A DNA stretch of 64,000 bases from the NCBI GenBank assembly GCA_001643675.2, contig LSRY02000006.1, positions 62,001 through 126,000 of the forward strand, read 5' to 3'. Below the pieces are notes generated by a model, which did not search any database, was not told the origin of the DNA, and saw only the letters and a list, made by a program, of their open reading frames with translations. The position numbers were made by a program, and so were the translations under genes. Of this stretch, positions 49,374-62,078 are shown piece by piece. Position 1 is the stretch's first letter. The number at the start of each line of letters is the position of its first letter. The DNA comes from Monocercomonoides exilis PA203 (Eukaryota > Protista > Preaxostyla).

Positions 49374-52300
49374 CTAATTCAATTTTATTTCTGAAGAAGC
49401 CAAAGATTCAGATTCTTCAACTTTTGTATTTTCGTGTGATCCTTCTTGGTAACTCACTGCATCAGACATGGTGAGAATCACAGCTCCAGCTGGGAATTTC
49501 TGGATGAATTCTCGTTTCAAGTCGCTCAGTGTTGGCCTTGCTTCTTGCTTCTCGCTCACTGTTGATTTATCCAGTTCAATAAATGAAGAATCACCAGCTG
49601 CAGCCATATCAGGCCTTTCTCCATTCACAATCTTCTTTCCAGCAACCTCTGCCTCATAATCACCAAACGGAATCTGGAGCGTCAGACACTCCCACAGCAT
49701 CATCCCGATCGAGAATGCCACCGACTCCTTGGTTGCTCCCATGTTCTTGTTGATCTGCAGCTCTGGTGCCTTCCACCTCAAATACTCTTTTTTGAAATAA
49801 TCTTCATCCTCAAACGCAGACGAGGGCAGGGAGTCATCATCATCATCATTATCACTGGCAGATGTCAAAACAGTTGACGAGGAGATGGATGATGAGTCTG
49901 AGTCATCATCAGACAATAAGTCAGAATGCATCACGATGCAGATCACCATGTGCTCGGAGAACAACACAATGTGAGGACTCAAACTGGATAATGACTGAAG
50001 AGGATTTTCCGTTTCATCAAATGAGTGAAGAGCAAGATTGGCCACCCAGAACAGGATTTGGGCAGCCGTCTGCTCCCTCTCCTGCAGAGTGCCAATCGCC
50101 ATCTCCTTTGTCTTATTCCTTCCGTGCAACAACATGAACAGAGAATCCCTCAGATCCACAATCAGCTTCTCATGAGGAGATGAACAGGCCATTGCATCCA
50201 CCAGATTCGACATCGATGACGTAGTTGGGCACAAACTCTCTGTTCGAACAAATGTTGTGTCAGTGTCTGAAGTGTCTGTGGTTGAAGTGGATGAGATGGA
50301 TGGTGATGGTGTTCTTTTTCTTGTCTCTTCTTCTTCATCTTTCTCCAGAATCCATTGAGGGATCTTGTCTGAATCTCTTCCCAGAATGTATTCAGTGGAG
50401 CCACTCTCACTCAAAAGATGCTCGGATGACTCGGAGTGTCCCAAACCTTTCTCGTACACTCTCTTTTTCATCCTCTCATCGTTCTTCTTCTCTGCCTCTT
50501 TCTCTGCCCTCCTCCACTGCTCCTCAGGTGACATCTCCATCGTCACCATCTCAAATGCCTTCGGATCTTTTCTGATGTTGTCATTCACAATTATCTCCAA
50601 TTCCTTTGTTCGTCTTTTTTGTTTTCTCCATCGAACAATGAATATTATTGACACAATTAACAATATCACAACAATCATAATGCACACAATCAATGCCCAT
50701 GATAGTTTCCCTTCTTTTCTTCCTTCAACAATCCTTTCATCTCCCTTCGATTCAACCTCGCTCCTGTTCTTCAGGATGAATGACTCAGTTGCCGAGGGAG
50801 AATGGCCATCTCCAAACAAGATGCACACCCTCACTTCCGCACTCGCCTCTGCTCCCCTCACCATCTCCAATCCAGTTGTGCCATGCACTTCCTCTTCACT
50901 CACAAATCCTGACTCACTTATCTCGTGTGTCTCCATCTGCTCCACATCCCCCACCGACGAAACAACCCGAAACGACAGGTTGCATGGCAGAAGAAGTGCA
51001 CCCCTGAACACAACATCCAGCACCCCTTCCTTCTCCTCTGTCTCCACCGATCGCAGCGTGGGGATGAACAATGGCGATGCTCGCTCCTCAACAATCCCCA
51101 TCAAAGTGCATCCTTCATTCAGAATCCAAAGGGAGGTGTTCTTCTCTTGCCCATCACCTCCCTTCAAGCTCATAATATTCAACTGAGCAGAATCCGAACA
51201 CAAGATGTTTCTCCGAGCTGAGGGATATTTTCCAATCGATGGGTTGTTGTTCACAAACTCTCCTTTCTCAATCATCACATTCCCACTCGATATGGACAAT
51301 CCACCTGAAGAAGCATTAAAAATTGTTACATCCTTCATCGCCAATGAAGTATTAGCTGAATGAACAAGTGATCCATTCCATTTGCATATTTCTTCAAAAT
51401 CCCTGTTTCTCTCGTTTTCACTTTCTTTTGTTTTCACTCCAATAAATTGACACAAATCCATCGAAAAACCCTTTGCATTGTTCAACTCCATAATACTTCC
51501 TTTGTTGGACAGAGAACCACAGTTTGAACAGGAACAATTGGAAAGAACAATTTGAGCAGATGTTGAGAAAGCGTAAAGAACAGAAGCTCCTTCAGAATTC
51601 CTTGAGCAATTCTTGAATGAGGAGATTCCAAAAGAAACTGTTCCTGAATTCGAACCATGAATCGCAATGATGCAGCCCTCAGACAGCTCCACTTCATCAG
51701 CCACAACCCAATTAAATGCAACTTCTTTGCACTGCCCAATCTCAAATACATTTGATGTTGACTTAATCTGTTCCAGTCTGAAATTTGTGATGTTAATCTC
51801 ATCTCCATTTAGCAGAAAAGCTGACTTCTTGAACGAAAGGAGTGACACTGAGCAGTTGTCAACATGCAGAATTCCATTTTCGATGCTCAACAACGTCGAG
51901 TTGAGAACAACTGAATCTATATTTGAAGCATCAACAATCGAAGAAAAATCAACAAATGAAAGAGATAATTGACCATTTGTTTCATGGATAATTGAACTTC
52001 CAGAATAAGAAAACCATTGACCAATAGAAAACTTAACGCTCTCAATCCGTATTTTACCTGATGCCGTGATAAGATTTCCTGTATCTCCGGAAATTGTGGA
52101 GTTCAGATGTACAAAAGCAGTTGAGGGAGGTTCTTGTGAGTGTATGCAAACATTCTGCACGCGACATTCTCCAACAACAACTGTATCCTTCGAGATCAAT
52201 AATTGTGAATACGACGAAGGAATGATATGTTTCACACCCACATTCAAAGACTCGCATGGGGTATTCAATTCTCCACATTGCTTGCTATCTTCGTGGTTTT

Positions 52301-55300
52301 CATCAGCAGAAGACACAAAGATCGTCTCGCTCTGGTATTTCACCACCCTCAGCAGCAGATCCTCTTCACCCACAAACGAGTCTGTTGTGCAGCCCCACAT
52401 TGCTAGATCCTTCACAAACGGCGCTCGTAAGTCCAGCAAGAATTGTTCATCTGCAATTTGATTTTCGAGTGAGTGGCATTTCACATACACGTCTCTCCCT
52501 CTAAACGCTGAGTTATCCTTGAACGTGATATTCGACAGCACAAAATTCAGAGGCTGCTCAGCTGTTGAGGTGCATTCCAGAAACAGCCACCCACCTCTTC
52601 CTGTGGTTGAGCAGAAGCACTCAGAAATCGTGCAAAACAAGCAGTCAAATTGTCCTCCTTCGTTCAACAGCGCAAATATCGCCCCTCCCTTTCCACACCT
52701 CGTTCCACCACACTTCTTCATCGTTGTGTTTCTTACAACCATTTTCAAAGGCTCATCATCATTCACATTCTGAATGATGGGAATGTCATTGATTGTGTTC
52801 TGGGTGACTTCTTCGAATACACTCCACTCAATAATAACATCTTGTTCTTCTTCATTTTTTCCTCTTCTTGAAATCTTTGAAATGCTCAATCCACTTGATC
52901 CATCCAGATCAACATTCTTCATCGTCAGATTTTTGATGTTCAGCATCGTTGAAGATAACACAGAAATCACATCCTTTGAAAAAGACAGCGATTGCATTGT
53001 CACCAATTCCAATAGAACTGTGCCTCCATCTGCCTTGATCAATCCATAGCTGATTATTTCTTCTCTGCTTTCTTCCGTTTTTGTGAATGAACAGTCCTTC
53101 ACAGTCAACAACGCATCACTTGAGCCAACATGCATCAAACTTTTAACATCACCAGTGAATGAAGATGGCATCACAAAGTTTATCAGTTCGAAGTTTGTAA
53201 TTCCCTGAATCTTCATTGCTGCTTTCTCTGATCCTTCAAGCGAAGCGAGACATTCCAAGGAGCAAATGAGGCTATTATCCGATTTTATTGCAGCCCCACT
53301 GAGATCCACACATTTTTGAAGAAGTCCTTTTCCAATGATGTTTATATTCCTTTCATTTCCTTCAGTCAATCGATCCAAACAAAAATCAATTGAAAGACAA
53401 GGATAATCTGAAAGACCACAAGTGCAAACATCTTTTCCATCGCCTCCAACAAATATCTCTGATCCAAGTGCGAACCAGAAATACACCAATGGAATAGCAT
53501 TCGTTGTGTCGCTTCCATCAAAGCCTCTCATGGAATCCAACGAAATATCAGAAAGATGCTCGGACACAAATGGAAGAGATGTATTTGTGATGCTCTTTGT
53601 CAAGTTGGATGATTCAACAAACAGGTCATTTCCATATTTTGCAACATTCGGCTTGTCTGCCTCAAAAACAGGAGATGAGATCACAAATGAAGAATCATCA
53701 TCAATTAACTTCAGTGCCATCCCTCCACCAAAGCCAGTTTTCCCTTCTTTGGCTGGTGCTGTGCATCCTGTGAATGTGCATGAAACAATGTTCAATTGAG
53801 TATTCCCTTTCAACTGAGCATCAATGGCCCCTCCTCTGCTCCCATCAGCCAGCACAAAGCATCCATCAAAATCACATTTTTCAATATTTATTTCTGCATT
53901 TGAATTTTCATCTTTGCTGTTGTCGATGCTCACACAGCCTCCGCTTCCAGCTGCTCTTTCTATTTCTGTGAAATTACTTTTCATCATTTTCAACCACAAA
54001 GTGCTCATGAGATCGGCCTTTGTGCTGCTTCCAGACAATGAGATCAATGGATTTCCACTCAAAGTGATAGATGAAGCCAAAAACGAATCAATATATAAGG
54101 TTCCTGATTTACCTGACAAGAATAGCAATTCCAATTCTGATAAAGGATTTTGAAGAGAAAGAGAACAATGAGATATCGTCAGTATTGATGAAGAAGAAAT
54201 AAAAGTGGAATGCGATGAAAGAGAAGATGGAAGAGAGAAGATAAGTTTTGACAATTCTGTTTCAACACTTGCTGTTATCATTGCTGAATTGGAAATTGAA
54301 TTTGAATCAGAGACTTTCCAACCACTTTGATCATCATTTCCTCTGATTTCATGCTTCTGTCCAGCAAATGCCAATTCATCGCTCATCGAGATCATTCCAC
54401 TCACAACAACTTTCTTTGTTCCTGTTTGACGTGTGAGAGAGTGCTTCAAAGCCAAACAGGGAAATTGGACTATTCCACAATGTGAGTGATCGGATGCCTC
54501 GAAGTTGCTCACAAAGATTTCTTCTGGAGTTGGAAGGAGATAGATGCAGAGAGGGATGGCAGCGCTGGTGTTTCCATTTTCATATCCTCGAACTTTGTCA
54601 AATGAATCCAAAGAGGCTGTAACGCAAGTGATTTTTTGTGACTTTGCAGTTTCTTCCAGATTGGGTGAAATGACAAAGATGTCTCTTCCCCATTTAGCCG
54701 TGTTCGTTACAAAGGAAGAAGAAATCAGGAAATTGGAATTTCCAGTCAAAAGTTGAAGAAGAATTCCTCCCCCAAGACCATTGGATGACGAACAAAAGCA
54801 CCCATTAAAATTACCGCCTTCCACTTTCACTTCATTTGTTTCTCCCACACACAGCATCATCGATCCTCCATTTTCTGATGTTGTGCTTCCACAATCTTCG
54901 AATGTGCAAGAATCCAGGTCGATGTTTGCCTTGTCGTTGGAAAACGACATCACAGCTGCTCCATTCGTTGTTCTTTCAATCCCAGAAAAGGTGCACCCTG
55001 AAAATGTCAATGATACTTCATTTGTCGAAGAAAGCGAAAACAATGAAACAGCGGAGATAGTCTTTGCCCAGTTCACGTTTTCCATCTGAAACATGCCGTT
55101 CTGAATGTTTATCAGCTCTGTGGCAAATGCTGTATTTTCACTTTGTTCACTTCCAGCAGATATGTTCAGCCCGCTTATATGCATTTCTCCTGTTCCAGTG
55201 ATCTCAAACAGCCTCGAAGCTCGATTATTTGCATGTGCTGAGTTATGCACAAGAACAAGGTCTCTGACAATCAAGGTGCCTGTTGAGACTGAAAAAAGAG

Positions 55301-56996
55301 AAAAACAGCCAGACTCTAGTTCTGTTTGAATTATTGAGCTTAAATTACTTTGGCCATAAACAGAAAAACTGTCTGTTCCACAATTAAAACTATTTGTTTC
55401 GATTATTGTTCCAGTGAGAATCTCGATATCAGTCACATATTCAGGAATAAGTTGACTCAAACAATGGCTGATTGCGCTGCATGGATAAGATTCATTAATT
55501 CCGCACGAATAAGTGTCTTTGGTATTCGGTTGCGTTTCAGTCGAAGAAACAAATCTGGTTCTTCCAAAATCGTTTCGAAGCCAAATGCTAACATCAACAA
55601 TTGAGTCATGTTTTGTGCTAACTCTATTTGATGAATTTCTTGTTGAAAAGCATGAGGAATCAATGTTGTTTTCTGTAGAATCATAAAGGACAATATCATG
55701 ACCCCCTCTAACGCATGTGTTATTATGGAAAAAGGAATAAAAGAATAATAGCCCCAAATTGTTGAGGTTAATATACACCGCAACAGCTCCACCTCCATCC
55801 ATTGAATGACAATTGCAGAATAGACAATTTGAAATGACAATTTTGTCGATGCACTTCCAATGTTGAACTGCACCTCCCACGCTGCCAGTTGATCCATTGC
55901 ATCGACATTTGAAGAAAAATGAATTTATTATGCATTCTTTCTGTTTCACTGTTTTCGTTTGCCGGAGTTCAATTGCGCCTGCATCGATGCCCGAAGAACA
56001 GTTATTAAAAAAGCAATCGTCAACCATTGATTGAACAATTATGCACTCAACCGTTATTCCTCCACCTCCATAATCCGTGCTTGCGGTTGCTGAACATTGG
56101 ACGAACGTTGAATGGCGCACAACGCATTCAGCGATATTCAACGCAAATATTCCTCCACCTCTTGTTAAAGCAGCAATGCATCTTGTGAATGAAGAACTTT
56201 CAACAATCAAAGTTGCGTTTTCATTATCATGCACATAAAGAGCACCACCTTGTGGTGCTGTGCAATCAACCCATTCGCACAATGAAAAGGATTGGCTTTC
56301 TGTTGTGTCCATTTGTTCTCCTGGTTGAAAAACATTTCTTTCTCTTTTCCCATTGTGTGTTGAAATGTTTTTGCAGATAAATTTCTCTGAAGAAAAGGAT
56401 CCACTCGAGATCCCTCCTTCAAAGGCATTCACACACAAATAAATGAAGCAGTTATCCATTGAACTTCGAAAACATGAATGTTCCATGCAATAATCACTTT
56501 TCTTGGAAGATTTCACAGACATGTTTCTGAAAGCACATTTATTAATCTCTTCACATTCACTCTTTCCGTTCAATAGGAAATGGTCTGAAGAGGATGCAAC
56601 CAGATCTGCAACGATGGAATTTCTCAAAATAACAGAATTTGAATAATCAGATGAAAATATGAGGCTGGAAGGGTTTTGATTCTTTTGGGGGATCAAACTC
56701 ATGTTTGTGAAATAGATTGACCCACTTTGCAAAAGAAACGGAGATTCCGATTTTTGGTGGGAAATGCAGGAATCCATCGTTAGAGTTGACTTGTCTGTTA
56801 TTAGCACACATGTTGAAGAAGAATGTTCAATTGCCACATTTTTCAGTCCAACTGAACAATTGTGGAATCCCATAAATGTGTTTTTCACTGTAGAAAGACT
56901 TGAATTCAGTCTTTTCACTCCTGACAATGTGTTCTGCTCGAATAAATAATTGTAATCGTCTTTTGATTGAAATTGTGAATCGTTTGAATAACCTTC

Positions 56997-57056
<60 letters not shown>

Positions 57057-57182
57057 ATTATTGAAATAATTAGAATTATTAAGAATACCTTTGCTTTCCA
57101 TTATGGCAGTTACAGAGATATCTTGTACTTCAAATGTCTTTCCAAAAATCAAACATACAAAAAGGAACAAATGTATTTTCAT
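49374..57182 (-). CDS. Large type I membrane receptor-like protein: signal peptide, repeated Cys-capped beta-helix (pectin-lyase/Pmp-like) modules, TM and degenerate TK/TKL-like pseudokinase (~2570 aa)
   Basis: 2602-codon ORF including a probable in-frame 96-nt microsatellite-containing intron 56993-57088. GGA(I/L) and F..N.A..G.D motifs; four D...CG....PC.. motifs; TM WALIVCIMIVVILLIVSIIFIV followed by RWRKQKRR; LRWKAPE, FSIGMMLWECLT..IPF, RPTL. Confidence 0.88.
57001..57056. repeat. (GAAA)n/(GA)n microsatellite inside a predicted intron
   Basis: Read directly; it translates to the implausible SLSLSLSFFLSFFLSFF in the raw ORF. Confidence 0.85.
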
Positions 57183-57411
57183 ATGGAGTGAAAATTAATT
57201 CTGATATGACAAATCAAGTTATTGATGATGATCAAAGCTATCATAATAAATAGTTTTCGATCAATTAAAAAGAACCAAAGCCTTCTTTTGGCAATCATTT
57301 TGAGAGCGTTAGAAAAACATCTGGGATACTTCTAAAACAATACCATTTCTTCAGTTCAAGCCAGGCATGAATTTGTGTTTGCTGGAGAAGCTATCATATT
57401 TTCATTTATCA

Positions 57412-57466
57412 AAAATAAAATAAAACAAAACAAAACAAAACAAAATAAAATAAAATAAAATAAAAA
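57412..57466. repeat. (AAAAT)n/(AAAAC)n pentanucleotide microsatellite
   Basis: Read directly. Confidence 0.85.
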
Positions 57467-59021
57467 TCTTGCATCACTAAAAATCAACAATAAAATATGA
57501 TAATTTCAGATAAAGTTTGACTTTTCAGACAAAGTTTAATTTGTCATATTTTATTAATTGCATTCACAAAAAATAAAAATAAACACATCAAACAGAAATA
57601 TCTTCCAACAAAGACTCAAAAAGTTGAAAATGCCATCTGAAAATGCACACCATCTTAATTACTCTTGAAAATGGTTCGCTCGAATCCAAAAAAAACTTCA
57701 TTTTTCAATGCAAATGGATTGCAACTTTCTTCATCGTTTTGTTTTTGCTGTTTCAAAAGTTAATCCACTTTCTCTTTCTTCCTAAAGCTCCTCCATCTTC
57801 CATTTCACCCTTCATATTTTCTCCTAGTTTCCCTTGTCATCCCACTCTTTCATCTTCTTTTCTGAAAACATCCAAACAAGTCATTCCGCTTTATTCGTCT
57901 AACTCTATCTTGTTCTTTCTCAATTTGTCACATTGATTCATTTTTGTGAACATATGATTTCCGTTATTTTTTGAAAAAAACCAGCAACTCAAAAAAATGA
58001 ATAGAAACTTCTAAAATCCATTTGTGACAAATGAGAGGGAGTGCAATATGAGCCTTCGCTTCGCATATCCTTTTATGAAAAAGAAATGACAAAAGATTGT
58101 AAACAAACAAATCAAACATATAATTATTTAAACTTCAAAAAATACAATTAACAAAATGAATAAAGAAAATTTAAATATTTGTCCAGTTGTTTCATGTATT
58201 TCTTTTCAATTCTGAAATTATTCGTTATTCAAAAAATGAAATTTTTCTACAAACAATAACGCACACAATATTTCATTTTTTGTCAACTCGGCATTCTCAT
58301 TGCGAAATGTAAACGAATCTTTTCATCTCTTCTCCCTTCGCAATCTCTTTCTTCTCGCTTTCCATCCTTCATTGGTTCTGCCTCCATCTCTTTCCTTCAA
58401 ATTCCCATCAATCCCATCCTTTCACTTTCTTTTCCATCTTCTTCTTTTTCTCGCTCACTTTCTTCCTTGTGCTCAAATAATGAAATCTTTTCTTCTCAAG
58501 TAAATCCATCCAATACAGAATCGTTCAATATCAGCGCCTTTTCTGATCAATTGCATGTCTTTGAATAAAATCCAGCATATCTTCAAAATGTCTCCAGCAA
58601 AATGCTTAAAAAAGGAATGGAAATGTGAAAGAAAATTGAATAGATTAAATGAATAAAAAATTCATACCTCACAACAAATGCAAAGAAATTGATGCATAAG
58701 TACTGTTCCAAACATTATTTTTCAATTTTACACAGACAACGCATTTTCAGCAAATCCAATGAAATTACAATGAAAATGGGAAATGAAAGATGATGGATGA
58801 AAGTTATTAAAAAATTGGATATTGACTTTAAAAACTGTTGTAAATCAAATAAAATCCATTTGGCTTAGCTCTGCAAGCAAAGAAGACTTATGGATAGTCA
58901 AAGAAAATGTTATTTGAAAATTTTTTGGAGACTTTAAGATCATTCTCTGCTGAAGAAAACGAGTTAATACGATTTTCTTGTTGAAATTCTCAACTTCTCC
59001 GCTTTTGTCAATTCTTTTGTT

Positions 59022-59804
59022 CTAACTGATCAAATGGATACTGCTTTGGAATTCTGCTTCAATTTTTTGTCTTTCTTCCGGACTTTGTTGTTCGTTGAGT
59101 TGCATAACCCGAATGCATAATTGAAGCCACTTCCTTAATAAAAGCTTTTTCTTTGAATCCTTTTCAGCTATATTGTCATCGAAGATGCAGAATGAAATAA
59201 ATTTGACTTCATTCATCCAGGAATATGTTCTTGTACAACACAACGCAGCACCTCCCCATGAAGTTGAATTTGATATCAATTTGTTATTTATAAACTGGCA
59301 CTCAACGATTGAAAATTGACTTGGTTTATTTTGTGGAGGCCAATTGAATGTGAGAGAACCAGCAGAATCACCACCAGAATTTGAGATGCACTTGCATTTG
59401 GAAAACAAGAATTGACCGTTTGAAGAAAAATCACCAATATAGAAATACCAACCAGTTCCACACCATTATGTTGTTGAACAACTTTCAATTCTATTATCTG
59501 AAAATGAATAAACGGAAGATGATTGTCGACCGTCAATGCAAATTGCACCTCCGCGAGTTGCAGAGCCGTTTGTGAAATTGGATTTTGAGATGTCAACATT
59601 TAACAAAAACTCGCAAATTAAAGCTCCACCAAGATTTGTTTTTGAACAATGATAAAATGAACTTGATGTGATTGCAAGATTTGCATTTGTACAAGAAACA
59701 TAAAGTGCACCACCATGGACAGCTCCACTACTTGAATTATTCCATTTGCGCCGTTCAAAGAGATAGCTATTCAGGTTGAATGAGGATATTCTTTCTAATT
59801 TCAA
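59022..59804 (-). pseudogene. Fragment of a beta-helix surface-protein gene with a premature stop, joined to an unrelated coding relic
   Basis: HGGALYVSC, GGALICE, RGGAICID and WGGAALC resemble the N-terminal ectodomain of 49374-57182. ORFs 59466-59804 and 59022-59408 are in the same frame, separated by one TAA. Composition changes after FDDNIAEKD. Confidence 0.7.
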
Positions 59805-60731
59805 TTTTTGAGTTTCGGATCCGTTATATTAAACAAGATCATTTGATGAAGATTTTGCTTTGCTGAAGAAGGAGGTGTTAAAGGTTGAGAAGGAAGCGAA
59901 TGGAAGTTGAAGGAAGTGAATATGGAGTTGCAAAAAAAAGATAATGTACCAAGAAACGCAAAATAGGAAAATGAAATTGTTTCTTTGAAAAATGCCGATG
60001 AATTAATTATTAAAGAATATACGAGTTTAATGAAATGAGAAGCACAAATCAAGAATAAATGATATTGCAAAAGCGTGATAACAGCAAAGAATATCAAAGA
60101 AAATATTGAAGAATAATTGAAAGGAATTGAAATAGATTAAGATAATTAAGAACAAAAACTTTTTTGCATAAATAAAGCTGTTAAACTTGTATTTTGCAGA
60201 AATACTTCAAACCCTCACTTGAATTTATGCACCTTGCTTGGAATTAACGATTGGACTATTGAAACAATATTGAAAACAATAAACAAAAATCGTAATTTGC
60301 GTTTTCCAAGTGTATTAATTTCGAAAGAATGATTCAAAAAAACAGCTGGGAATAATAATTATCATGTGGTTGGTGAATGAAATTTACGTTATTCGAATCC
60401 AATATTTATTGCTAAGCTCAACTCACAGATTGTCTTCTTAAGATAAAAAACAAAATTGTTTGAAATTTTATGGATAAAAAAAAATAGCGGGGGTGGGGGA
60501 TATTCATATCCTTTGCGATGCAATTAATTACAATATCATTATTATTTTCATTCAATTGCTGGAACAAACAAAATGAATTGAAAAAATACATTAAAAAGGC
60601 AAAATGAATTATGGCGAACCATTGTGACATTTTGGATAAATAATCTGGAACTTTATTTGATTTTACAGCTTTTCACAAGGTATGAATTTATTGATTTTGA
60701 TTATAATCGATCTTCCCACAAACTTTTAATT

Positions 60732-61774
60732 ATGGGCCTTGTTTTGTTTATTGGATGTATATTTTTAACTTTCGGGATTCCGGTTGTTGCTTTAATATTA
60801 CTAACAATTAGCAATAGACCTTCTTCATTGGTTGTGTTTTTCTCATCTGGCTTTTTATTCGTTCTTCTTCTATTCCCATTGAGTGGATTTTCAATGTTGT
60901 TTAATATTGCCAAAGAAGGGTCATATTTTTATCTGCCAATGAGCATTATTACGACAGAAATAGCTCGATATTTGTTATATTTTATCATTAGGTATTCAAG
61001 ATCTTTTTAGTATTTCAAAATCTAAAAATTTATTGTTTCATTTGCAGCAAACTTCGTCATGCACTCCCATTTAAAGACACGGATACAAATGTAATATCGC
61101 ATAGAACTTTTCTTATTCATGCTTTTGGTATCACTTGTTGATTGCTTCAAAATTTTAAAATATGTTTTCAAATGAATTTCTATTCAATTAGCTGCGGGTG
61201 CTGGCATTGGTTCTGCACAAGCTCTTGAATCCATGTCACCATTTTTTAATTCGGGCTATACTGATGCTACACTATATTCAACAATTCAAAGTCCTCCTTT
61301 GATTGCAACTTCATCAACATTGTCATTATGCCTTTTTATCTTTCAGTCATCCATCACTATCCTAGCTTTTATTATGTACAATAAGGCTTCGCGATCAAAA
61401 CTGAAAACAATTTGCGTCATTTTGATGTTTATCATTGTTCAAGGAATTGTGAGAATACCTGTTTGTTATTGTTATTGATTTAATTAGTTACTTTTATTTC
61501 CTTTCAAATCTTTAAATACATACGATAGAATATTGCACTTCTCCCTTCTCTTTCACCAGACAATTCAACCTCCGTTATTTCATTGATTAATTCGCTTTCA
61601 TCAGATCCTAATTCTTCATTTCCTTCTGCTAGTTCTTCGCTTGCAGCTTGTTTAACTTGCCTCATTGTTTCTATTGTTGTGTGCGTTGTTGCACTTATTT
61701 CGAGTGACTGTGTTATGCAGGGGAAAATTCGGCTTATTAACGAAAGTGAAGTATATGGAGTTAAACAAGAATAG
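60732..61774 (+). CDS. APH1: Gamma-secretase subunit APH-1 homologue, 280 aa, 4 exons
   Basis: Exons 60732-60991, 61048-61127, 61192-61448 and 61529-61774 are in frame. MGLVLFIGCIFLTFGIP (compare APH-1 MGAAVFFGCTFVAFGP), TEIARYLLY (compare QEVFRFAYY), TM4 AAGAGIG GxxxG motif, and about 7 TM segments. Confidence 0.8.
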
Positions 61775-62078
61775 AAATATATTAGATATTATCACTTCTT
61801 GAGATGATCTGTTTTTTATTGTTTTATTTTGGATTTTAGTGAATGCTTTGATTTTTTGTACATATTTAATTTTTGTGGAAAATTTTGCCTCACAACTTTT
61901 TGTCTTATGGATTTTTAGATCAAAAATTTTGTTCGTTCGTTTTTTCATTAATGACATTTGCATTTTCGAGAAAAGATAGAGCCGAAAATAGGTTATCAAG
62001 TTTTTCGCACGGTGTTTTATAGATAACTTTGTTAATGTCTTTTTTATGAAGTACCGATGAATTTTAATTATTTTGTTT

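Noticed and set aside
16112-59468. In-frame TAA/TAG codons (16112, 25999, 30784, 30835, 47691, 47793, 59466) as evidence for a TAR=Gln genetic code as in some oxymonads
   Set aside because: Multi-kilobase ORFs have no internal TAR, intact genes end in TAA or TAG, the TAG at 16112 aligns with Ser, and several of these regions also carry frameshifts, truncations or TGA. They are ordinary pseudogene lesions.
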